A stretch of 64,000 nt of DNA from the NCBI GenBank assembly GCA_964449445.1, contig CAYUZT010000006.1, positions 12,223-76,222 on the forward strand. Reading direction: 5' to 3'. The translations under genes were made by a program, and so were the position numbers. The notes below the pieces were generated by a model. The model saw nothing but the letters and a program-made list of their open reading frames with translations. It ran no database searches and was not told the DNA's origin. Source of the stretch: an uncultured Candidatus Peribacteria bacterium. GTDB lineage: Bacteria; Patescibacteriota; Gracilibacteria; Peribacterales; Peribacteraceae. Shown here piece by piece: positions 9,224 to 17,265 of this stretch; positions within the stretch are counted from its first letter, which is position 1; every line of letters begins with the position of its first letter.

Positions 9224-10348
9224 ATGACCTCCGACATCCACCTGATCGGCACCGGCCAAACGCGCTTTGGCGAACTGTGGGACAAAGGCATCAGAGAGCT
9301 GATGGAAGAAGCAGTTGATGCGGCCATTGCCTCGTCACCGTGCACAGCTCTCGATATCGACATGATTATCGTCAGCAATATGCTCGCAGAGGTGACGAAC
9401 AATCAGGCACACCTGAGCGCAATCGCATCGTCTCTGCTCCCTCACCATCCCCCGGCACTGCGCATCGAATCCGCCTGCGGCTCGGGCGCATTCGCGTTAC
9501 ACACCGCATGTGCGATGCTCGAAAGCGGCAGAGCGAAGAATGTGCTTGTGATCGGCGTGGAGAAAATGACGGACGTCTCGGTGGAAGCGGTCGCATCTGC
9601 ACTAATGGGCGCTGCCGATAGCGAAGAAGAGCGCCCCGCAGGGCTCACGTTCCCCGGCATTTTCGGTCTGGTCGCGCAGCGGTACATGCACGAGTACGGG
9701 CTCAGCCGCGACGATTTAAGCCTCGTGAGCGCCGTCCATCACCAGAACGCAGTCGAAAATCCCTTCGCACAATTCCGTTCAGCCATCACGCCGGAAACGG
9801 TGAGTGGAAGTGCCCTCATTTCTGATCCTCTGCGATTGCTCGACTGCTCACCGATTTCTGACGGTGCTGCCGCCTGCATTCTCTCCACTGAGCATGTGAG
9901 TTCGTGCCGTATTGCGGCATCGCAGATCGCGAGTGATTCCCTCAGCATTATCCACCGTCCCGTCATCACGTCCTTCTCTGCAACGAAAGATGCCGCCGAA
10001 CGCGCACTGAGCGAAGCGTCCATCAAACTTGCCGACGTGAAGGTCTTGGAAACCCATGACTGCTTCTCCATCGCGGCCCTCATCAATCTGGAGGATTTGG
10101 GCTTCAGAGATCCCGGACAGGGAATTGAGATCTACCGCGATCTCCATGGAAAGCGCGCTTCCGATGTCCATGTAAACCGCAGTGGCGGCCTCAAAGGCTG
10201 CGGCCATCCTGTTGGCGCAACCGGCATCAAACAACTGATCGATGTCTCTAAACAGCTGCAGAAGACCGGAGAGCGCTACGGACTCGCGCACAACTTCGGC
10301 GGCGCCTGCGCAACATGTGGAGTTCATGTTCTTGAGTACACAGCATAA
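9224..10348 (+). CDS. Acetyl-CoA acetyltransferase (archaeal/SCP-x-type thiolase)
   Basis: IESACGSGAFAL (active Cys), CSPISDGAAA, HDCFSIA, GHPVGATG, NFGGACATC. Confidence 0.85.
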   Translation: MTSDIHLIGTGQTRFGELWDKGIRELMEEAVDAAIASSPCTALDIDMIIVSNMLAEVTNNQAHLSAIASSLLPHHPPALRIESACGSGAFALHTACAMLESGRAKNVLVIGVEKMTDVSVEAVASALMGAADSEEERPAGLTFPGIFGLVAQRYMHEYGLSRDDLSLVSAVHHQNAVENPFAQFRSAITPETVSGSALISDPLRLLDCSPISDGAAACILSTEHVSSCRIAASQIASDSLSIIHRPVITSFSATKDAAERALSEASIKLADVKVLETHDCFSIAALINLEDLGFRDPGQGIEIYRDLHGKRASDVHVNRSGGLKGCGHPVGATGIKQLIDVSKQLQKTGERYGLAHNFGGACATCGVHVLEYTA

Positions 10349-10383
10349 ATATTTCGTCGCATTTTCCACTTTCCATTTTCCAC

Positions 10384-11298
10384 TTGTTTACTCCACCAAT
10401 CCTCCACCGCGCCCAAGCCAAAAAGCGCCGCAAGCTCCAGCCCGGCACCGTGCTCTCCTGGACGACGATGACACATCCACTGTCGGGATTCGGTAATCGG
10501 CCCCGAACCGTCGGTCTGATCGCGCTCCAGGATGGAACGCGCGCGCTGGGGCAACTGCTCGGAACGCCCGCTATCGGCAGCTCCGTGCGCCCGCGCATGA
10601 GTCTTTCGTCAGTAAGCGCGGAGGGACTACGTATCTACGATGTCGCGTACGAAGTGATGGCGGAAGTCCCCTCGAAGATCTTCGAAGTGAAAAATTTTCC
10701 GGGCTACATTCTTGCTCTCACAGGTCCCTCAGGTGTCGGCAAAACCACCGTCAACCGGCTGCTGGTGAGCATGTTCAGCGAATACGTGGAGAGTGTTCCC
10801 ATTTTGACGACGCGGGAACGACGAAAGGGTGATGACGGCGAGTATCGGTACGTGACAAAAGAGAAATTCACGGAGTCTATCCGTAGCCGTGACATGATCT
10901 CATTTACGCAGATTCCCTCGAACACCGAGGAGCGCTGGTACGGCTACCTCCACACCGATATTGAGAAAATCTGGAAGAAAGGAAAACTCCCCGTGGTGAT
11001 CACCGAAATGCATCTGCTGCGGGATCTCGCCGAACACTATGGCCGCCGTTCCATTTTGAGCTTCGGGCTGCTGCCCCCCGGCAAGAGCAAGCGCGCGATG
11101 CTCAGCGCCCTCCTCCACCGCCTGCGCGAACGCGGGCGCGATGCCGAGGAGCACATCAAGGACCGCCTGAAGAATGCAGTCAAAGATCTGGAGTTCTTCC
11201 GCGAGCGAGCGGATTTGTTCGATCGGATTCTCGTGAATGATGATCTCCAGGTGGTCGTAGAGGCAGTTCGGCAGCATGTGCCGGGGCTCCAGGGTTAG
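10384..11298 (+). CDS. Fusion: DUF35-like OB-fold domain (N) + guanylate kinase-like P-loop domain (C)
   Basis: N: LQPGTVLSWTTMTHPLSGFGNRPRTVGLIALQDGTRALGQL...IGSSV resembles DUF35 OB fold; C: LTGPSGVGKTT, ILTTRERRKGDDGEYRYV, WYGY as in Gmk; TTG start. Confidence 0.6.
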   Translation: MFTPPILHRAQAKKRRKLQPGTVLSWTTMTHPLSGFGNRPRTVGLIALQDGTRALGQLLGTPAIGSSVRPRMSLSSVSAEGLRIYDVAYEVMAEVPSKIFEVKNFPGYILALTGPSGVGKTTVNRLLVSMFSEYVESVPILTTRERRKGDDGEYRYVTKEKFTESIRSRDMISFTQIPSNTEERWYGYLHTDIEKIWKKGKLPVVITEMHLLRDLAEHYGRRSILSFGLLPPGKSKRAMLSALLHRLRERGRDAEEHIKDRLKNAVKDLEFFRERADLFDRILVNDDLQVVVEAVRQHVPGLQG

Positions 11299-11340
11299 CG
11301 AAATATTTGACACACTTATGGGCCATAGTAGTGTTTTCTC

Positions 11341-11673
11341 ATGATCGAGACTGATGAAACTAGGATACGTATCGGTTCCGAAAGCAGAGTGCGGGTCGGC
11401 AATCCTCTTCCGCGACTTTCTCCCATGGAACAAAGTCTGAAGCTTGAAGATTTGATGAGACAAGTTCATCTGCCTGATGAACTACCCCCAGATAAGACGC
11501 CGCTTTGGGTCGTACATTCATACACCATGTCCGTTCTTGCAGCGGTGGGAATATACTTAGCAATTGGTGTGGGAGTGATAGCGAAAGATTTTAAGCAACA
11601 AAATGACTTTGATCCGGAATGGAAAATGGGAAATAACAATGCACCTCTTCTTGCTCCGCCTGGGCGATTATAG
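11341..11673 (+). CDS. Hypothetical single-pass membrane protein
   Basis: 110 aa, one hydrophobic helix (MSVLAAVGIYLAIGVGVIA); no homolog recognised. Confidence 0.35.
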   Translation: MIETDETRIRIGSESRVRVGNPLPRLSPMEQSLKLEDLMRQVHLPDELPPDKTPLWVVHSYTMSVLAAVGIYLAIGVGVIAKDFKQQNDFDPEWKMGNNNAPLLAPPGRL

Positions 11674-11715
11674 CTGTGTATTGATAATGCGATTGTGCGG
11701 TAGGATGATGGACGC

Positions 11716-12021
11716 ATGATGGAAATACCGATAGACGAAGCGGTGATCGCCGGCTTTCCCCTATCCTTGGACGGTGATGCTCATACGGGAACACGCGTCG
11801 GCTTGCGTCCGGAGCCCCCCGTCACAGAGTGCAAAGCGGATGCTGACTTCTTTAACATCTGTATTCCTATGACAGAAGCAGCATTGGAACACCGTAGACC
11901 GTGTGATGGCTGCGAAGCCACGGCATACGCCATTGCATCCATGGTGGCCGGCGCCATTCTCGTGGCGCTCGCCTATTCAATGGACAAGGAGATGTTTCAA
12001 TTCCCGCCGGGTATGCAGTGA
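11716..12021 (+). CDS. Hypothetical C-terminally anchored small protein
   Basis: 101 aa, hydrophobic helix AYAIASMVAGAILVALAY near C-terminus. Confidence 0.3.
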   Translation: MMEIPIDEAVIAGFPLSLDGDAHTGTRVGLRPEPPVTECKADADFFNICIPMTEAALEHRRPCDGCEATAYAIASMVAGAILVALAYSMDKEMFQFPPGMQ

Positions 12022-12030
12022 GCCAACTAA

Positions 12031-12059
12031 TTGACAGAAAGAAGGAATAGTGAAATGAT
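12031..12059 (+). promoter_or_regulatory. Candidate promoter TTGACA-17 nt-AATGAT, 6 nt before ATG 12066
   Basis: Perfect -35; block TTGACAGAA...GTGAAATGATATTTT is repeated at 20231-20265. Confidence 0.4.
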
Positions 12060-12065
12060 ATTTTC

Positions 12066-12512
12066 ATGGGTGTCGATAAAATTACAAGTCTAGAACGCTA
12101 CGAACAGAGACGGGCAGCAGAGCAGCAACAGGCTGTAGAGCAAAAACGGGCAGGGATACTCAAGACTATCGGCCATATTTCCATCGGTGCTGGTGCAGCA
12201 TTGGCTGTCATCCTTGCGATCGGTACTCCCATTGCATGGATGATGTGCAAAGACAGGACGAAAGGAAACGGCAATCCAGTGCCCTCTCAGAAGAAAGACA
12301 CATCGACAATCCTTCAGCAGCAGGAAAAGAGTAAGGCCAGCGACTTTACTATCCATGGTGCAGAAACTCGAGAGATGCGCGTGGATTGGATCGATGATGT
12401 TTATAAAGAACGGAGTTCGAATTTTATTGATAACGGCTCGGGAGAGAAACCGCGAGGTTTTCCGGGAAGGTCTAGATTAGAGGTCGAAGGACTACCGACG
12501 AAACCACGTTAG
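12066..12512 (+). CDS. Hypothetical single-pass membrane protein
   Basis: 148 aa; helix ISIGAGAALAVILAIGTPIAWMM; shares its promoter block with the gene at 20269. Confidence 0.4.
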   Translation: MGVDKITSLERYEQRRAAEQQQAVEQKRAGILKTIGHISIGAGAALAVILAIGTPIAWMMCKDRTKGNGNPVPSQKKDTSTILQQQEKSKASDFTIHGAETREMRVDWIDDVYKERSSNFIDNGSGEKPRGFPGRSRLEVEGLPTKPR

Positions 12513-12518
12513 GAGAAT

Positions 12519-14192
12519 CTATCTTCCCGGACACTTCCCCCGAAGCGCTTCCAGCAGATCGCCCGCATTGAGCGCATCAAACTTCTTTCCAAATTCTCCT
12601 GCGAGAGACTTCGCTCGTTCATCGTAGAGCTGTGGATCCGCCCATGTGGTGCGTGGATCGAGTACCGATGGATCGATGCCCGGGCATTCGCGTGGGACGA
12701 GCAGATGGAAGAGCGGGTCTTCACGGTATGGAACGTCTTTCAGCTGACCGCAGAGTGCAGCATCAACAAGTCGACGCGTGAGAGTGATATCCATCCTTTT
12801 TCCAACTCCAACAGGTCCCCCACTCCAGCCTGTATTGATCAAATACATTTCCGGACGGTGCTGAGAGACATATTTCTGGAACAAGTTGAGATAATCTTCA
12901 CTGTGCCGGGGCATGAATGCGCCGCCGAAGAACCGGGAGAACGTCGACTGCGGCGCGGTGATGCCGGTTTCGGTGCCCGCAAGCTTGCTCGTGTAGCCGA
13001 GCAGGAACCACAACATGGCTTGTGGGAGCGGAAGTTTAGCAACGGGTGGCAGAATCCCCTGCGCGTCCGCGGTCAGGAAAATAATGGTGGAAGGATGCAC
13101 TCCTCGGGCATCGGTTTTCACCGTTTTAAGTCGGGAGAGCACATACGCAGCGCGGGAATTTTCCGTGAGGCGAGTGTCGTGCACGTCGACGGACCCATCC
13201 GGATACGTCATCGCATTCTCGACGAGCGGTCGCGGATCATTTTCGGTAATTTCTCCGAACACCGCATCGTAGATATCGGGTTCTTTCTGCTGCGAGAGAT
13301 TGACGAGCTTCGCGTAGCACCCGTATTCCAGATTTGCGACTCCGTTTGGCGACCAGAGATGCTCATCATCGCCGATCATCGTGAGTCCAGGACCGCTGGA
13401 GAGAGTCGTCTTGCCTGTTCCTGAAAGACCGAGGAAGAGATGAGTCGACCCATGCGTGTCTTCGACCGCTGCGCAGTGGAGCGGAAGAACTCCGCTTGCG
13501 GGCAAGAGATGGTTCATGGCTGTGAAAAGTGTTTTCTTTACTGCTCCCAGGTACGACGTTCCAAAAATAATTGCCGCGCGACGCTCGAAGTCCATGAGAA
13601 TCGTATGATCGACAGTCTTGCCTGCCCGAACGCCGTTCGAAGCGGGCGGGCCATTCACTTCCCGCAGAATGCCACGGTACTTTCCCGTTCGGATGTGATC
13701 CCAGGGCAATACCAGCAACGTGAACCCGTGATCGACGAAGTCACTCGTGCCGATATCTCCCGGCACGGGACGGAACATAGTGTATGTGAAGAGAGCAGTA
13801 AGCGCCGAATCGCTGATTGTCCGGACGGGTAATGCGAACTGCGTCTCTGCAGAAACGCTGCGATCGGTGATGTAGAGATGATCTTTTTTCTTGAGGAGTC
13901 CGAGAGCGTCCTCGAACAGTGCATCGAAGACGTCGGGGGCAATCGCACGGTTATTCGGCTGTGCCCAATCGACGCTTTGATCATGATCGTGACGGACCGT
14001 GTAGGTATCCTGCGGAATTCTCCCCGTCGCGTGGGGAGCACCCCACACCGAAAGCGCGCCGTTTTTGGTGAGTATCGCCTGCCCAAATTGCAGTGCATCA
14101 GCAATCAGAAGACTCTGCGGCGGATTAAATTGCGCCGAGGCATGCGTCCGGAGTTTCAGCTTCTGTTCAAGAAGTGTGGCGAAAGGGCTCAT
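12519..14192 (-). CDS. pckA: Phosphoenolpyruvate carboxykinase (ATP)
   Basis: ORF 12519..14381 trimmed to ATG at 14192 (MSPFATLLEQ); GLSGTGKTTLS, IGDDEHLW, LTADAQGILPP motifs. Confidence 0.9.
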   Translation of the reverse strand: MSPFATLLEQKLKLRTHASAQFNPPQSLLIADALQFGQAILTKNGALSVWGAPHATGRIPQDTYTVRHDHDQSVDWAQPNNRAIAPDVFDALFEDALGLLKKKDHLYITDRSVSAETQFALPVRTISDSALTALFTYTMFRPVPGDIGTSDFVDHGFTLLVLPWDHIRTGKYRGILREVNGPPASNGVRAGKTVDHTILMDFERRAAIIFGTSYLGAVKKTLFTAMNHLLPASGVLPLHCAAVEDTHGSTHLFLGLSGTGKTTLSSGPGLTMIGDDEHLWSPNGVANLEYGCYAKLVNLSQQKEPDIYDAVFGEITENDPRPLVENAMTYPDGSVDVHDTRLTENSRAAYVLSRLKTVKTDARGVHPSTIIFLTADAQGILPPVAKLPLPQAMLWFLLGYTSKLAGTETGITAPQSTFSRFFGGAFMPRHSEDYLNLFQKYVSQHRPEMYLINTGWSGGPVGVGKRMDITLTRRLVDAALCGQLKDVPYREDPLFHLLVPRECPGIDPSVLDPRTTWADPQLYDERAKSLAGEFGKKFDALNAGDLLEALRGKCPGR

Positions 14193-14503
14193 GGAATCGA
14201 TAAAGGAAGAGTGCGGACAGGATAACGATGAATATGGTTTGGATAGTTGAAATTGGAAAGTGGAAAGTGGATAACAACGGAAATACCGCAATGGCAAATC
14301 GAAAAAGGCATGGCGCCGAAGCCATGAGACTTTTGCGAAGCGAAACACGGAAGGCGCGCGGGTGGGAAATTGTTGGAGCAAGCAAAAGTCTCAATGGCGG
14401 AGGCATTTGGAGAGACTTGCACAGAGAATATTTCCTGTTGTTATCACCTCTTCCTCCATCGCGTTTTCGGCTTTCTTCTGCTATAATCATGAGATTTCTC
14501 TGC

Positions 14504-14541
14504 CTGCCCGCCGAAGTCCGCCAGAGGCGGACGAAGGCGGG
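14504..14541 (+). repeat. REP-like hairpin CTGCCCGCC...GGCGGGA (same family as the hmgA insert)
   Basis: Outer stem CCCGCC/GGCGGG, inner stem GTCCGCC/GGCGGAC; in the pckA/GT divergent spacer, just after a TATAAT at 14482-14487. Confidence 0.7.
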
Positions 14542-14585
14542 AACCCACCTCAGAGAGAGATCACCACACAAAAACACACAACCCA

Positions 14586-15824
14586 ATGTCGCTCCGTACG
14601 CTCATGTTCGGCTGGGAATATCCCCCAAAACATTCGGGGGGTCTTGGCGTTGCGTGCCAGGGACTTGTCCGAGGATTGCTGAAACAGAACGTCGCGGTAA
14701 CGCTCGTGCTCCCCTCCTCTGTCGATACAGGAAGCGATGATGTGGATCTGAGGCACCCTGGCAGTGATCTATTTTCGTCGATCACGGTGAAAAGCGGTCT
14801 GCAACCCTACGACTCGCTGCACACGTATGCGGCTCGCATGGGATCCCTCCCGCTCCCGCTCTCGGAACTCTACGGTCCGGACTTGGGCAGCGCCGTGGAA
14901 CGCTACACCGCTATGAGTGTGGAACTAACGAAGGATGTTCAGCCCGATGTCGTCCACTGCCACGACTGGATGACGCTCGAGGCAGGTATACGGGCGTCGC
15001 GCCACCACCGGCGGCCGCTCGTCGCGCACGTGCATGCGACGGAACTGGACCGAACGCACTTTCGGCCGAATGAATGGATTGCGCTGCGTGAACGAAACGG
15101 TCTTCTGCAGGCGGACAAAGTGATCGCGGTCAGTAACTACACCAAGAGCATTCTCACAAAATATTATGGCATTCCCGGTGATCGCATCGCCGTGATCCAT
15201 AACGGACACGATCCGCATCGCACACACATCACGCCCTGCGTGATTTCGAAAACCGGATCCGCTAAGCGTCCGCTCGTGCTCTTCCTCGGCCGATTGACTG
15301 TGCAAAAAAACCCCTGGCAGTTTCTGGAGATCGCGACAAAAGTCCGGCAACTCAATCCCTCCGTCCAATTCGTGATGGCGGGAGACGGTTCGATGCTTCC
15401 GGAGTTGATTGATCGCGCGTGCGAGCTGGGACTCGGCGACAACATGGTATTTGCAGGCAAAGTGAGTAATCGGGAGGCGCTCAGCCTGTATGCCGCCGCC
15501 GACTGCTTCGTGATGCCATCGGTGAGTGAGCCGTTCGGTCTTGTTGCACTGGAAGCGATTGCCCATGGCACTCCCGTCATCGTCAGCAAACAATCCGGCG
15601 TCTCCGAAGTGCTCGATCACGCATTCAAAGTCGACTACTGGGACTCGGACAAAATGGCCGACTGCATTTTGACGATCCTGCGCGAGGAACCGCTTGCGCA
15701 GCAGCTGCGCAGCGAAGCGCCGCGACTCCTGCAGAGACTCAGCTGGCAAAACCAGGCCGGGAAAGTCCATTCGATCTACCACGACCTCATCCAGTCCAAC
15801 TCCATTCTCCATTCAACCATCTAA
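14586..15824 (+). CDS. Glycosyltransferase, glycogen-synthase-like (GT4/GT5)
   Basis: N-term FGWEYPPKHSGGLGVA; C-term PSVSEPFGLVALEAIAHGTPVIV (E-x7-E region). Confidence 0.75.
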   Translation: MSLRTLMFGWEYPPKHSGGLGVACQGLVRGLLKQNVAVTLVLPSSVDTGSDDVDLRHPGSDLFSSITVKSGLQPYDSLHTYAARMGSLPLPLSELYGPDLGSAVERYTAMSVELTKDVQPDVVHCHDWMTLEAGIRASRHHRRPLVAHVHATELDRTHFRPNEWIALRERNGLLQADKVIAVSNYTKSILTKYYGIPGDRIAVIHNGHDPHRTHITPCVISKTGSAKRPLVLFLGRLTVQKNPWQFLEIATKVRQLNPSVQFVMAGDGSMLPELIDRACELGLGDNMVFAGKVSNREALSLYAAADCFVMPSVSEPFGLVALEAIAHGTPVIVSKQSGVSEVLDHAFKVDYWDSDKMADCILTILREEPLAQQLRSEAPRLLQRLSWQNQAGKVHSIYHDLIQSNSILHSTI

Positions 15825-15872
15825 CCATCCTTCCATCCGTTCATCCGACCATTCGTTCTTGCATCGTAGTAC

Positions 15873-17216
15873 ATGAATAACACACATCCCCTCATCTGCC
15901 TCTACTTCCAAGTCCACCAACCCTACCGGTTGCGTGACCTGCGCATCACGGACATCGGTCAGGGGGATGCGCAGTACTTTGACAGCGAAAAGAATCGCGC
16001 GATCTTCCGCAAAGTCGCGGAAAAATGCTATCTCCCGGCAAACACGTTGATGCTCGGGCTCGTGAAGACGTATCCGGACTTCTCCATCGCATACTCGCTC
16101 TCCGGCAGTTTCCTGGATCAGTGCGAAGAGTACGGGCAGGACGTTCTGGAATCGTTCCGCGCACTGTCGAAGACTGGCAAAGTAGAATTTTTGGCGGAGA
16201 CCTACAACCATTCACTGAGCTCCATCAAATCACTGGAAGAATTCTGCCAGCAGACAAAGCAGCACGTACAGAAGATCAAATCTCTCTTTGGACAAACACC
16301 GACGATCTTCCGCAATACCGAACTGATCTACAGTAACGAGCTCGCGCAGATCGCACTCCTCATGGGCTTTCGCGGGATACTCGCGGAGGGGGCCGACCAC
16401 ATTTTGCAGGGACGAAGCCCCAACATGCCGTTCATTCCGCCTGCATTCACACTGCCTGCAGAAACACAGAGAGCTATTCAGCAAATATTTCCTCATCAAG
16501 CCATCCGGCTGGAGCGAGGACGGCAAGGAGAGGCGTGCGGAGGCGGCTGCCGGGCCGAGCGGAAGACGGATGGCGCAGATGTGATCAATGTCCTGCTCAA
16601 AAACTACAAACTGAGCGACGACGTCGCCTTCCGGTTCTCCGACCGCTCATGGATCGGGTATCCCCTCCATGCCGATACGTTTACGGACTGGCTCATGGGA
16701 TCCGGCGGTCACAGCGTGAACCTGTTCATGGACTACGAAACGTTCGGCGAACACCAATGGGCCGATACCGGCATTTTCGAATTCCTGCAAGCGCTTCCAA
16801 AGCTCTGGCAGGAGCGCGGCATTCGCGCGGCAACGCCATCGCAGGTGCTCGACGCATGGAAAGACCGACCCTGCGACACATTTGATGCACACAACGTGGT
16901 GTCCTGGGCCGATATCGAACGCGATCTCTCTGCTTGGCAGGGAAACCGTATCCAAACAGCCGCACTGGACGCCGTCTACGCATTGGAAACGGCGGTCAAG
17001 AATGCAAACGATCCGGAACTCCTCAAAACATGGCGGCGCCTACAGACCTCCGATCACTTCTACTACATGTCGACCAAGTACTGGAGCGACGGCGACGTGC
17101 ACAAGTATTTCAGTCCGTATGAATCTCCCTATGAAGCCTATCGACGCTTTAGTCATGCACTATGCGATTTAAAAATTCGCACCACACAAACCAAAAATCC
17201 GAAAAACGAAATTTGA
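15873..17216 (+). CDS. Glycoside hydrolase family 57 (alpha-amylase-like)
   Basis: ICLYFQVHQPYRLR N-terminus, LAETYNHSL, DYETFGEHQW typical of GH57. Confidence 0.75.
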   Translation: MNNTHPLICLYFQVHQPYRLRDLRITDIGQGDAQYFDSEKNRAIFRKVAEKCYLPANTLMLGLVKTYPDFSIAYSLSGSFLDQCEEYGQDVLESFRALSKTGKVEFLAETYNHSLSSIKSLEEFCQQTKQHVQKIKSLFGQTPTIFRNTELIYSNELAQIALLMGFRGILAEGADHILQGRSPNMPFIPPAFTLPAETQRAIQQIFPHQAIRLERGRQGEACGGGCRAERKTDGADVINVLLKNYKLSDDVAFRFSDRSWIGYPLHADTFTDWLMGSGGHSVNLFMDYETFGEHQWADTGIFEFLQALPKLWQERGIRAATPSQVLDAWKDRPCDTFDAHNVVSWADIERDLSAWQGNRIQTAALDAVYALETAVKNANDPELLKTWRRLQTSDHFYYMSTKYWSDGDVHKYFSPYESPYEAYRRFSHALCDLKIRTTQTKNPKNEI

Positions 17217-17253
17217 AATTTGAAATTTTTTCGTACTTCGTACTTCGTGCTTC
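17208..17253. repeat. Two adjacent 7-bp word triplets: (GAAATTT)x3 then (CGTRCTT)x3
   Basis: Direct reading across the GH57 stop codon and GH57/GH15 spacer. Confidence 0.8.
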
Positions 17254-17265
17254 TCATTTCCCCTC

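Noticed and set aside
10384-11298. Annotating the DUF35::kinase fusion outright as phosphomevalonate kinase
   Set aside because: The GMP-binding-type residues of guanylate kinase appear conserved. The PMK idea is only a testable hypothesis and not an annotation.
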